This document shows, in pieces, positions 26,391 through 37,808 of a DNA stretch of 64,000 nt. The position numbers were made by a program, and so were the translations under genes. Origin of the DNA: Octopus vulgaris (Eukaryota). The DNA lies in the NCBI GenBank assembly GCA_951406725.2, contig OX597818.1, forward strand, positions 42,904,001 through 42,968,000, given 5' to 3'. The notes beneath the pieces were generated by a model that was given only the letters and a program-made list of their open reading frames with translations, was not told the origin of the DNA and did not search any database. Every line of letters begins with the position of its first letter. Position 1 is the stretch's first letter.

Positions 26391-26514
26391 TAATTGATGG
26401 ATATTTATCCTCATCTTGTTTGTTGTTAATACAACGTTTCGGCTGATATACCCTCCAGCCTTCATCAGGTGTCTTGGGGAAACAAACAAGATGAGGACAA
26501 TTATCCATCAATTA
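26391..26514 (-). mobile_element. Penelope-like pLTR relic with inverted partial duplication
   Basis: 34-bp inverted arms (2 mismatches) at 26391-26424 and 26481-26514 flanking a hammerhead core. Confidence 0.7.
26428..26473 (-). ncRNA. Minimal type I hammerhead ribozyme motif
   Basis: Minus strand gacac-CUGAUGA-a-ggcug(gaggguauau)cagcc-GAAA-CGU-U-guauu: conserved core boxes, perfect 5-bp stem II, palindromic ACGU stem III, stem I with one mismatch. Confidence 0.75.
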
Positions 26515-26893
26515 CTCTCTCTTTTACTCTTTTACTTGTTTCAGTCATTTGACTGCAGCCATGCTGGAGCACCGTCTTTAGTCGAGCAAATTGATCCTAG
26601 GACTTATTCTCTGTAAGCCCAGTACTTATTCTATCGGTCTCTTTTGCCGAACCGCTAAGTGATGGCAACGTAGACACACCAGTATCAGTTGTCAAGCAAT
26701 GCTAGGGGGACAAACACAGACACACAAACATACACACACATATATATATATACATATATACGACGGGTTTCTTTCAGTTTCCGTCTACCAAATTCACTCA
26801 CAAGGCTTTGGTCGGCCTGAGGCTATAGTAGAAGACACTTGCCCAACCATGTGGTTGATAAGCAAGCTACTTACCACACAGCCACTCCTGCGC
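26515..26893 (-). mobile_element. Family A SINE with a small internal deletion
   Basis: Family A motifs; B-box segment missing (cacttgccca-accatgtgg). Confidence 0.85.
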
Positions 26894-27689
26894 CAATTGC
26901 TAATATTATAAATAATGTACATAATTCCTCCTTGTCAAATATATATTGCATTGCAAAATTCTTCACTACAATGGGTTTAGTATAAAAAGAAGTATTTTCT
27001 ATGCTATCTCCTGTTTTCTGGTACCACTTCCTTTGACATCCAGCCTTCATTCTTAACAGCATCTATTCCCACTCATGTTTTCCATTGGTTACCCTCTCTG
27101 TGGTATCAATTACTGCTCCTTCTCCCTTGAACCATTCCTATTGACTCACTCCTTGTACCTCTGACCACCTATCACTATATATCTCACTTTTACCCACCCA
27201 CTACCTACATGTCATCTCTTCTCTTATCCTTCTTCTATCTACTATATCATTCTGATGCTTTTCATGCTTTCTCTACTGTCAGTCATCACCTCCTTTCCTC
27301 TACCTTCCCTCTAACTTATATTTATCATCAACTGCTCGGCTGCCCTGGTTCACCATTCACTACATTCACCTTGACCCCCACCTATAACATTCTTCCCACA
27401 CACCTTTGCAGCTGCTTCTCATCTTGATTTTCTGTTTCCATTTTCTCTTCTATTCACCTTCTTGTTCTTTAAGGGTGCATTTAGACACCTTGTTACTTTA
27501 TACCTTTATATGTTACTTTGACACCTTTATATGACATGAGGTAACCATATATCTTCTCTAAGAATGAAACCTGTTCCGCTTCCTTTTATATTTTAACCTC
27601 TTGATATTTAGTATGAATTCACCACCTCTATTATACTCCCGAGCAGTCAAGGAAGATCTTTAATCTTTTCAATTATATGGCAACCTCAT

Positions 27690-27877
27690 AAGTGCTGATG
27701 CCATGAAAAAGTACCCAGTATGCTCTGTGAAATGGTTGGCATTAGGAAGAGTATCCAGCTGTAGAAACCATACTAAAGCAAACCATACTAAAGCAAACAT
27801 AAGTTCCTCCAACTTATTGGATCCTGTTGAACCATATAATCCATGCTAGCATAGAAGATGAATATTAGATGATATCA
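27690..27877 (+). mobile_element. Family B repeat (host of a Tx1 insertion)
   Basis: ggttggcattaggaagagtatccagctgtagaaacc..ccatgctagcatagaag. Confidence 0.7.
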
Positions 27878-28290
27878 AGTCAAGAATGAAAGGTTTTGTG
27901 ATAGACTGCTTCATATCTGGCCCCGCCTTGGTAAATGTTTTTACGTCTCACCTGAAAAGAAAGGTGGGGCTGGAGAGAAGGTGTCTGTCACAGAGTGTGT
28001 TACAAAAGCGATGGACACATGTTGCACGCATGTTGGGAGTGGAAGGCCCTGTGTGAACATGTCATAACGGAAATGCAAGGTGTCGGTTAAAAGGGCAGGG
28101 CTCGTGGGGTCGGAGCAAATCTGTCTTCTTTTAACCTCATGTTGTCCTCATTGTTTGTTAATGTCTTTTGTGCCCCATTCGATGTTACCATGTTTTTATA
28201 AATTTTTAACCAACTCATTCGTTGTATATGATACCCAAATCATATTGTGCTGTCCCCTCTATGTTCGTCTGTATGGACAATAATAAAATC
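27878..28290 (+). mobile_element. 5'-truncated L1/Tx1-type LINE (ORF2 C-terminus and 3' UTR)
   Basis: Open frame 27880-28056 SRMKGFVIDCFISGPALVNVFTSHLKRKVGLERRCLSQSVLQKRWTHVARMLGVEGPV*; AATAAA at the end; 18-bp TSD (17/18) at 27860-27877 and 28291-28308. Confidence 0.75.
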
Positions 28291-29455
28291 GAATATTAGA
28301 TTATATCATTGATGCGTTTTATACAATTCCTTAAGAAACAATACAATAAAAACTGAAGTAAACAACTGAAGGATTGAAATTATTCAAACAATCGAAACAA
28401 TAATATTTTTAGCCTTGGTTGAATTCTTGAAGAAAAATAAGGATCAAATGGAAAACTAAAACAAGGCATTTACCTGCATATAAGATTGTTTGATAATATG
28501 AATAAAATAGAAAAAAAGAAGAAAAATACAAATGAATTATGGTTCTGTTAATCTTCCATCATTCATCTATGATTTGATCTCTCTCTCTCTAGTTTTATGA
28601 ATGAAGATATTTTATCTCAAGAAATGAATGAGTGGGCTATTGGTATTTGTTCTATCTAATAAGATAGATGCTGTGATATTTACTTTAATGTCATGAAAAG
28701 AATGAGAGTTAACCTTAGCAAGATTTGAACACAGAATTGTAAGCCACCAAACTGCTTATCAACATCCAACCTAATCTGGATGTTTGTTATCAAAGAACTG
28801 ACTTGTATCCTGGGAATAGTGTTCTTTGTAAACATATTTACTGATAACATGCAACTATAAATAAGGGTGTAGATGGAAAAAAAATAAATCCAACAACAAA
28901 AAGCAAAACCATAAAAAATAGGTTGTGGTTGATAGAAGCATCTTTAATACTATTAGACCTTGTGAAAGCCTTTTTTAATAAAAATGAATAGTTAACCTAC
29001 TATGTTGTTGCTTTTTTGAAAGGGATGCATCAGTTGTGCGGTAAACTTAAATGATTAAGTACATAATTATTGTGAATCTTCTATATCAGTGGGGTGTGGC
29101 TATATTTTGGTGAGACATGGGTTACTTCAGAATGGGGTGTAAGCAACAAGTGAATAAACTTAAAATAAAGTTATAATTAAAACTTCTTTTGAATATGATC
29201 ATGATTACAATCATGTTCATCATTATCATTTGTTCACTTTTATATGATTGCATGGGTCAAATGGAATATATTTAGGTAGATTTTCTATGGCCAAATGCCC
29301 TTCCTATCAGCAATGCTCATATATATAATGGTATGATTAAACAGTCACATATAGAACCTGAAACCTAAAATTGTCCATTAATAAAAAATATAAACGATTA
29401 CAAGTTAGAATAAACATAAAACAATGTTTTATGAGGTGTCTATATACTTCTGTCA

Positions 29456-29718
29456 TGTCTATATGTTAGTCCAGCTCATGTGAGCTTAGAAAATTGGATG
29501 TTAAAATGATGATGATAATATATACATACAAGCATGCATGCCTTGTCTATATGTTAGTCCAGCTCATGTGAGCTTAGAAAATTGGATGTTAAAATGATGA
29601 TGATAATATATACATACAAGCATGCATGCCTATATGCAAACTTTTTTCATAGGGAAAATGATGATGATAATATATACATACAAGCATGCATGCCTATATG
29701 CAAACTTTTTTCAAAGGG
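29456..29718. repeat. Two overlapping tandem duplications (88 bp x2 and 64 bp x2)
   Basis: 29456-29543 = 29544-29631; 29591-29654 matches 29655-29718 with 1 mismatch. Confidence 0.9.
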
Positions 29719-30301
29719 AAGTGGGTTGTTTTTTTAAATAGAAAATCGGAGTGGTGCATAGGACAAAAGAGGCTGAGAAAAACATCTTTGTTCTGCCTCT
29801 CTAATATTCTGCAGATTTTTTGACAAGGCTTTGATTTGTTTTATCCAAATTGCAGTAGAGCCTTTAATAGGAAAGAGTGAGTAGCTCAGATTTGAACCAG
29901 TTGGTCTTTTATAAATTAGTTTTGGTGAAAATAGGTTTGATCTTCAATAATCTTTAATAGAAATAATCTACTGAAAATGATTTCTCAACAGCTTGTTACA
30001 TCAGAACAACTAAGTTAATAGCTGCAGCTAAAATCTTCATTTTATTTCTTTTCTATCTTGAATTTTGTTCTTTTGCACTAAGAAAATGCATGTAGGCTTG
30101 AAATAGGAAAGCAAATGTCACCCAAGCAGGTGATCTTAACACAACTGGCCTGTTTTTATGCCAATACTAAGCATAGTTGGACAGGTGCCACATAGAACCA
30201 AATTAATGTTATGTCAGTATGGAAATTAAAAAAACAAATAAATAAAACCAAAAAACATTGAATACAAAAAATGGAGGAAATTATAAATATTGAGGACAGA
30301 A

Positions 30302-30389
30302 AGAAGAGAAAAGAATATTGCATGAGAGAGTTGATGAAAACACATCCCTGTTTTTGTCAACTCTCTCGTACAATATTCTCTTCTCTTCT
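30302..30389. repeat. Hairpin with 41-bp arms and 6-nt loop
   Basis: agaagagaaaagaatattgcatgagagagttgatgaaaaca / tgtttttgtcaactctctcgtacaatattctcttctcttct. Confidence 0.85.
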
Positions 30390-31163
30390 GCCTTTTTCTC
30401 TTGTCCCCGCTCTCTTTTTCCTATTAGAGTCTCAAATGCAATTAAGGCAGAACAAATCAAAACCATGTCAAAAATTCTGCAGAATACTAGGACAGAAGAG
30501 ATGTGAAGTATCATTCTTGTTCAAATGTGACAATTTTACTCTCTAATAATAATAAGATGGCACAAGAAGTAGTGATTTTTTTTTTAGTAACTACATATAT
30601 GGAAATTTGGTAAAAGAAGAGGATAAAGTAATCAAGAAAAATGCTGAAGTCTTTTGCTGATATGCTATTTATATACTGAGCTGATGTTGTTTAACTCCGA
30701 GTCCTGATTAAGAAGATCACTGATTAGATGTATTCTTGTTGTGACCTTCCTCTTCTTTTAGGGTAATCTATGATTGCGTTATCCAATGCACAGCCTTACA
30801 GAAGCTCTATCATTGATTCAATGACATTACTATACAATGTGCTCCATAATTTCTCCAAATGTTTGAATACAAAGCTTGTTTAGATGTTGCCTTACATAGT
30901 TTTAGATTAGAAAATAATTTTCTAAGTTTAATTACTAACTTTTATAAGTATGAGTGTTGCAGTTTTGTATGTATTGTACATTTTATGAACTATAATTGAA
31001 AATAAAAATTATATTTTATAAAATGATTTTCACTTTAAAGTTTAGCACATCCAATTTTAGTACACACAGTATACACTGTATGTAAAGAATATCATTTAAT
31101 AAATATTATTTATATAAATGCTACAGTATGTACCAAATGTGTGGTACATATATGATGTATCTT

Positions 31164-31455
31164 AACTGTGAAATACAAGCTTGAAGTATATCATGTGAAA
31201 TACAAGACTGAAGTATCTCAGTTGTGAAATATTGGTTTGAAGTATAATAACTGTGAAATATAGGTATGAAGTATATTAGCTGTAAAATATAGGTGTGAAT
31301 TGTATCAACTGTGAAATATGGGCTTGGAGTATAACAACTGCAAAAAATAGACTTGAAGTATAACAACTGTGAAATATAGATTATAAGTGTATAAATTGTT
31401 ATATAAGTATATAAATTATATAAATCGTTACATAAGTATATAAATTGTTAAATAC
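31164..31455. repeat. Diverged ~29-bp minisatellite, about 8 units, decaying 3'
   Basis: Unit approximately aactgtgaaatataggcttgaagtatatc. Confidence 0.8.
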
Positions 31456-32361
31456 AATATATTTCTCAACTCTATACTTCTAAAATACATGTGTGTGGTT
31501 GAAGAGTTTACAAATAAAGTGTGTACCAATTTTGAAGTGTAATGATAATGTACTTTAGCAAAGTAGTATAACCACAATATGTTGACCTCATAGCAATAGT
31601 AAGAAGTATACTAACCATGTAGTAGTGATGTAATTTGTGCCAGTTGTAAAGCAGTGATATAAAATGTACCATGCGTGTAATAGCAACATGAATTATACCA
31701 GTAATGTTGTGATATGAAGAGTATCGGTTCTAATGTAGCAATATATAACATATCACCTGTACAGTAAAAACAGAAGATAGTTTGGTTGTGTTGTTAGGCT
31801 TTCTATTCAACAAAGTTGAGAGTCAACTGCACATGTATTAGTTCTGTAGATTAATACTAATATATTCTACTAATTATCTTAGAATTAATAGATTAACATA
31901 TAAATTTTATATATTTATACAGACAAACCATTGACATAAATATTTTTTTTGAATAGACTCAAGGCCACTTTTGTAGAAGTAGAATCAACCTAGATACAGC
32001 CATGTTTCTTAATTTATTGACCTTGAGTGGATAGATGAAGGCTAAGCTTGATTAAGTCCTTTGGCTCTTTTATTTTTTTCAAAACTTCACTTTAATTTTA
32101 TTATCAATAGTATAGTATTTGTTACAAATTGTCTAATTAGTAGAATTAATAGACTGGTAACTACTTAGAAGTCTTTACACTCTGAGTTCAAATCCTGCCT
32201 GGGTACGACTTTACTTTTCATCTTTTCAGGATTCATAAGGTCAATATTAATCAAGTATAGGGGACAATATAATCGACTATGGTCATTACCCCCAAAATGA
32301 AGGGCTATCTTAGAAATCAGTATTATTTGGTACAAAGAGTGGTGGAGATAGTTAAAACATT

Positions 32362-32577
32362 GGTTTGAAATTTTGACACAAGGCCAGCAATTTCAGGGGA
32401 GTGGGTAAGCCAATTACATCACCTTGAATGCACAACTGGTTACTTATTTTATCAACCCTGAAAGGATGAAAGGCAAAGTTGTCCTTTGTGAAATTTGAAC
32501 CCAGAACGTAAAGGTGGGTGAAATACAACTAAGCATTTTGCTGCTGTGCTAATGATTCTGCCAGCTTACTGTCTTAT
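32362..32577 (-). mobile_element. Family C SINE
   Basis: aaaggatgaaaggcaaagt..tgattctgccagct; imperfect TSD gagatagttaaaacatt / gaaatagttaaaatatt. Confidence 0.8.
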
Positions 32578-32792
32578 GAAATAGTTAAAATATTAACATT
32601 TTAGTCAATGTTTTTACCATATTTAGTTTTTTTCCCTGTTAGTCCTGCGTAGAGCTTTTACAATAAGTAACAATAGTATATTAAACTAATTCAATTCAAC
32701 TATCTTCATCTCTTCAAAAATGGCCTTGTGTATAGCTAGAACAAATGGATTTTATTACCGCTATTTTGAGTAATATCTCTTCCTATATATAC

Positions 32793-33152
32793 AGTAGACA
32801 TGGCTGTGTGGTAAGAAGTTTCCTTCCCAACCACATGGTTTTGGGTTCAGTCCCACTGCATGGCACATTGGGTAAGTGTCTTACCCAGGCTAACTAAAGC
32901 CTTGCATGTCAATTTGGCAGACAAACTGAAAAAAGTCCATTATGTATATGTGTGTGTGTGTCTCTCTATCCATTGCTTGACAACTGTGTTGGTTTGTTTA
33001 CATCCTTATAACTTGGCAGTTTGGCAAAAGAGACTGATAGAATAAGTACCAGACTTCAAAAAAATCTCAATACTGGGGTTGATTTTTTTTGGCTAAAGCC
33101 CTTCAATGTGGTGCCCAGCAAATGACTGAAACAAGTAAAAAAAGATAAAGAA
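32793..33152 (+). mobile_element. Family A SINE
   Basis: tggctgtgtggtaagaag..gggttcagtcccactg..gactgaaacaagtaaaa. Confidence 0.85.
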
Positions 33153-34031
33153 GATACACACCTTTCTAATAACCTTTTTAATTTAATACTAAACAATTAT
33201 GCCTATGTCAGAAATAATAAATAATTGCTGTTAAAATTAGAAATATTTCAAATTCAATTTGTTTCTACCTTCTTTCTTCTGCAAATTTTTGACCTACATA
33301 AGAAATCAATAAAACTTTATGTTTTTTAATAATTATTCTTTGAATGAACAAGCTATCAAAATCTACATCATTTTAGTACATTTAGTTTCTTTTTATTAAG
33401 GCTATATTATTTTATTCTTTTACTGATTTCAGTCATTGGACTGTGGTCATTTACCTTTGGAGGGTTTTAGTCATCATATCATGTTAGAATTTATATTGAC
33501 CCTTGAAATTATTTCAATCTGGGTATTTATTCTATCAATGTCTATTCAGTCACTGAGTTATGCTTTTGACATGAAGACACCCAACACAATTCACTGGTTT
33601 ACATAAGCATGCACATTATCATGGACACGGACACACACACACACACACACACGTATGCACGTGCATATAAATACAACACATCTCTGCATAGTTTGTGTCT
33701 TTCAATCCTGCTTTCAAACCATTGGTTAACCCTAGGCTATTGTAGAAAATACCCAAATATTTGCACAGCATGTTAAAATCTGAAACCACTGAAGTTGAAC
33801 TTATTAGCCACATGTCTATGCCCCTTCCAAAGATATGGCATCTTAGCCTCTACAGTGTCTATGAACTGAGTTTAAAATTATTAATTGATATTAATTAAGA
33901 GCTATCAATATTAATTGATAAATATTAATTTGCCTCATTAAAATTCAGTTGATTCATTTACACATATTCTTTACGAGATACCTCATTAAAATTTGCAGAA
34001 ATAATCCACGCATATATAAGGATAAGCCATT

Positions 34032-34075
<44 letters not shown>

Positions 34076-34481
34076 GATATATAGATAGATAGATAGATAT
34101 AAATATAGATATAGAGGTTAATCTATTATCAAACTGCTATTCTCTAATTTATTTTTTACGGATTCTATAATTTAACAGAATATTTGAATTTTATTTTTAT
34201 GGAAATAAGTTAAAAAAATAATCAAAAGTTGAATATGGGATACTGCTGCAGACTGCAAGAATCAAGATGGATTTGTATAGTACATTATTGGAGAAAAATA
34301 ATACAATAATCAATAATTTTTCTGCTTTGGTGTATTTCTGATTCTGCCATCTTTCAGCTTAAAGTAGTGTACCTGTAGACTGACAATTTTCTGATACATT
34401 TCTGTTGAGAATCTGGAATCTATTAACTGGTACAGCCTTCACTCGTTCATTAGTTCTTTCTTCTCTTCTCCCACATCCACT

Positions 34482-34542
34482 CCACCACCACCACCACCGC
34501 CACCGCCACCGCTGCCGTCGCCACCACCACTACCACCGCCAC
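34482..34542. repeat. (CCA/CCG)n trinucleotide repeat
   Basis: Directly visible; explains the poly-His ORF. Confidence 0.9.
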
Positions 34543-34949
34543 CTAATATCTCACAACGTACATGCAATCATATTTGCATATTCCTGTTATGTGCAAAACT
34601 GATCATGTCAACAGACCTGAACAAAAGCAATTAGTAATAGTGATGATGAGGAGAATAATGATGATGACAGTGATGATAGCGATTTTTTTTTTTTTTTCAT
34701 TGATACAAAGATGATGGATAAGGGTACATTATAGGTACAGATTATAAAAATGTTGGGGTTTACACTAATATCAGAAAGATAAAACTGAAAAAAAAAAAAT
34801 AACAATAGAAAATACTGTATACAATCTCTATATTTGTGATTATCTCTGGAGAGGCGGAGTGCTACCTTGGGCCAGTCTAGGAACCTTACAGATCCAGAGT
34901 TACCCTAATTATTAAGGTTAGGTGTACTTTCCCAGCTATCATTTCGTGG

Positions 34950-35560
34950 CTTACAGATGCATGCTGAGAATTGACTCATTCAGTCAGGTTATGCTTGTCA
35001 CATTCACCCGCCTTCCATCAAATTTACTGGAGGATAGCACCACTTTATCCACTCTCCACCTTCTTATCCAAGTGGAATTTGAAAAAGTTGGTGGGAGTTT
35101 GGTTGAAGGGAAAGTTTGTTTTTAAACCTTTCAGTTAACCTTTTGCACCATAGTTGCCAGACAAAGGAAAGTTGCCTTCCTTTCTCAACCAAAGAAAGGC
35201 AAGGGGATGACATTCACAAAATACTTGACCAATAGCCAAATTTGTCCTTCATGCATCAACAGCTGTTTGGTAAAACTCCACAAATCAAAATTGCTAGAAC
35301 ACTGAATGAGTGCAGAACGGTCTTGATATTCTACATACATTTTGATAAGTTTATTTGAGTATGTGCTTGCCCCTGTCTGTTAAAAACCAAACTGTGAATT
35401 TGTCACCTGGGTCCATCAAACAACTTTTGTTCTTGCATGTTTAAGAGCACACACCTTAACTCTAACAACACAACCTTTGAGATTTACATTGAAGAAATGG
35501 TTGACAGCCATTCTCAGTGCAAGTATATTGGTTACAATGCATTTCCTAATTGCGTCTAAT
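34950..35560 (-). mobile_element. Degenerate L1/Tx1-type ORF2 C-terminal relic
   Basis: Minus frames ..IQCSSNFDLWSFTKQLL..PLPFFG*ERKATFLCLATM..LKTNF..NFFKFHLDKKV../VLSSSKFDGRRVNV..LSMHL*, homologous to the 27880-28056 peptide. Confidence 0.65.
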
Positions 35561-35914
35561 TTTCTCACTAGCTTCTTTCCTTCTTTCTTTCTTTCACTGC
35601 TTTGCTAACTCCAATTGATTCTACTCAAATCCCCCTCTTCAGAGCATTCCCCCACCAGTTATTAATGATGCTGTATCCATTGCTGTCTATTTAATTTGTT
35701 ACTCTTGTAGACTTTATGCACCAGAAAAGTTACATTCAACTTCCAGTAATGAGGTCCATGCCTAAAGGATAGTGATTGTTCTGTCCTTTACTGTTCTTCT
35801 GGGTTGTGGTGTTGGTCTTCGCTGTTTTAGGAATGTCTGTTGTAGCTGTTATTGCTGTTGGAGGGGTTACTGCTATTGTTGTTGTTATTGTTGATGTGGT
35901 TGTAGGAGTGGCAG

Positions 35915-35996
35915 TAGTAAAGTACTACCAAAGTAGTAAAGTACTACCAAAATAGTAAAGTACTACCAAAACACCTGGGGGTGTTTGGTAGTACTT
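35915..35996. repeat. 19-bp triplication ending in a fold-back hairpin
   Basis: (tagtaaagtactaccaaar)x3 then cacc-tggg-ggtgtttggtagtactt. Confidence 0.85.
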
Positions 35997-37225
35997 CATG
36001 CAGCACCGGGGTCTTTTACTTATTATCATTATGTACAGTTGGGTGCCGCTTGAGAGGTCTATACATCTGTAATCTTCATAATAATGATATACTGAAATAG
36101 TATTTGTAATTGAAATAATAACAGTGATGATTTTTTGTATATTGGCACAAATCCATTATAATGATAGAAATAACAATTATATATAATTACACACTGTACT
36201 GTATAACATCACAATGGAAATACTATATCATGACATACAAAGAACACAAAACTTCACAAAAATAAAACATAAATAAACAAGGAGGGTTTCAGTAATATTG
36301 TGAGAACATTGACTAGAATAGTTTCAGTAATACCAAACAATATTGTACCCACCTAAAAATGTCTGAATAAGAGTAATGATTCAGTGAAAAAAATAACATT
36401 TTTAAATAGAGTGTAATGGATTATGTATGTATATATGTGTGTGTGTGTGTGTGATTCCTTTTGTGCTACCATTCTGATAATGTTCTGACTTAAATGTTTT
36501 TAGCAGAATGAAATGAGATTTGCTTTCATTAACAATAACCTTCATATTCACTTTAGAACTTTTAAGCTTTGATAGTGAATAATTGGTGGTTGGCAACATT
36601 TTGATTTGCAACTATGGAAAATAATTTCTCTAATAGCATGCCTTTTGTTGTTGCTTTTGTGTCAGGAATTGATGAGCATTTTTAAAGATTCTAAATCAAA
36701 CAGTAAATAAATATAGTTTGAAGAGAATTTAAATGTTAACTTGTTCTTTATATAATCTGGTTGTATAGACTGAGCAGTTCTGTTTCATGGTGATATTGAT
36801 TTATTATTTGTTCTTGATATTTAGTGCGTCTCCTTTCTTGTCAATGTAACTCATTGTAATAACCTAAGTTTAGATCATACTTATGTATTAATAACACAAA
36901 TATGCATATACTAAGGTGTATCTATTTATTCCCACAATTAAAAATTTATGGTATATAGTATTTGTCAATGTAATATTTGGAGTAAATGCATTAAGTAGAA
37001 AACACAAACAGCAAAATCAGGTTTAATTATCAAAATCTATTGTTAATAAACTCGCAGGTATATTAGTGACTAATATTCAAAAATATTTTGAATAGCATAC
37101 TAGTTTCACTCATATTGGGTTGTGGTCTAGCTAGAACACTGTTTAAAAAATTATTACTGTTCCCACAACAATAATTGAACCTTGATTATCTGCACAAAAA
37201 CCAGGGATTCTTCTAACCTCTAGAC

Positions 37226-37808
37226 CAGTGCTCTGCAACCAGTATACCACAGTGCACTGGTGTGCCATGAAATGATGCTAGATGTGCTACAGTGTAACCT
37301 GAATATAATATTTACCCCTATAGGCGTAGGAGTGGCTGTGTGGTAAGTAGCTTGCTTACAAACCACAATGGTTCCGGGTTCAGTCCCACTGCGTGGTACC
37401 TTGGGTAAGTGTCTTCCACTATAGCCTCGGGCCGACCAAAGCCTTGTGTGTAGATTTGGTTGACGGAAACTGAAAGAAGCCCGTCGTATATATGTATTTG
37501 TGTGTGTCTATATGTTTGTGTGTCTGTGTTTATCCCCCCAACATCACTTGACAACTGATGCTGCTGTGTTTACGTCCCCATAACTTAGCTGTTCGGCAAA
37601 AGAGACCGATAGAATAAGTACTAGGCTTACGAAGAATAAGTCCTGGGGTCGATTTGCTCGACTAAAGGTGGTGCTCCAGCATGACCACAGTCAAATGACT
37701 GAAACAAGTAAAAGAGAATACTTTTTGTTATATTTTTAGTTCAGGTGTGCTGCCCAATTTTGAAAAGAATATAAGTATACCGCAAGTGAAAAAGGTTGCA
37801 GAGCACTG
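37226..37808. mobile_element. hAT (Charlie/Buster-like) MITE with nested SINE
   Basis: Perfect 15-bp TIR cagtgctctgcaacc; perfect 8-bp TSD ctctagac at 37218-37225 and 37809-37816. Confidence 0.9.
37321..37717 (+). mobile_element. Family A SINE, young and full length
   Basis: taggcgtaggagtggctgtgtggtaag..gggttcagtccc..gactgaaacaagtaaaagag. Confidence 0.9.

Noticed and set aside
31164-31392. 29-bp repeats as a CRISPR array
   Set aside because: Contiguous diverged units without spacers, no cas genes, eukaryotic context
34405-34602. His-rich ORF
   Set aside because: Product of a (CCA)n microsatellite
34560-34810. Minus-strand acceptor-like sites near 34617 and 34785
   Set aside because: No convincing donors or recognisable open frames
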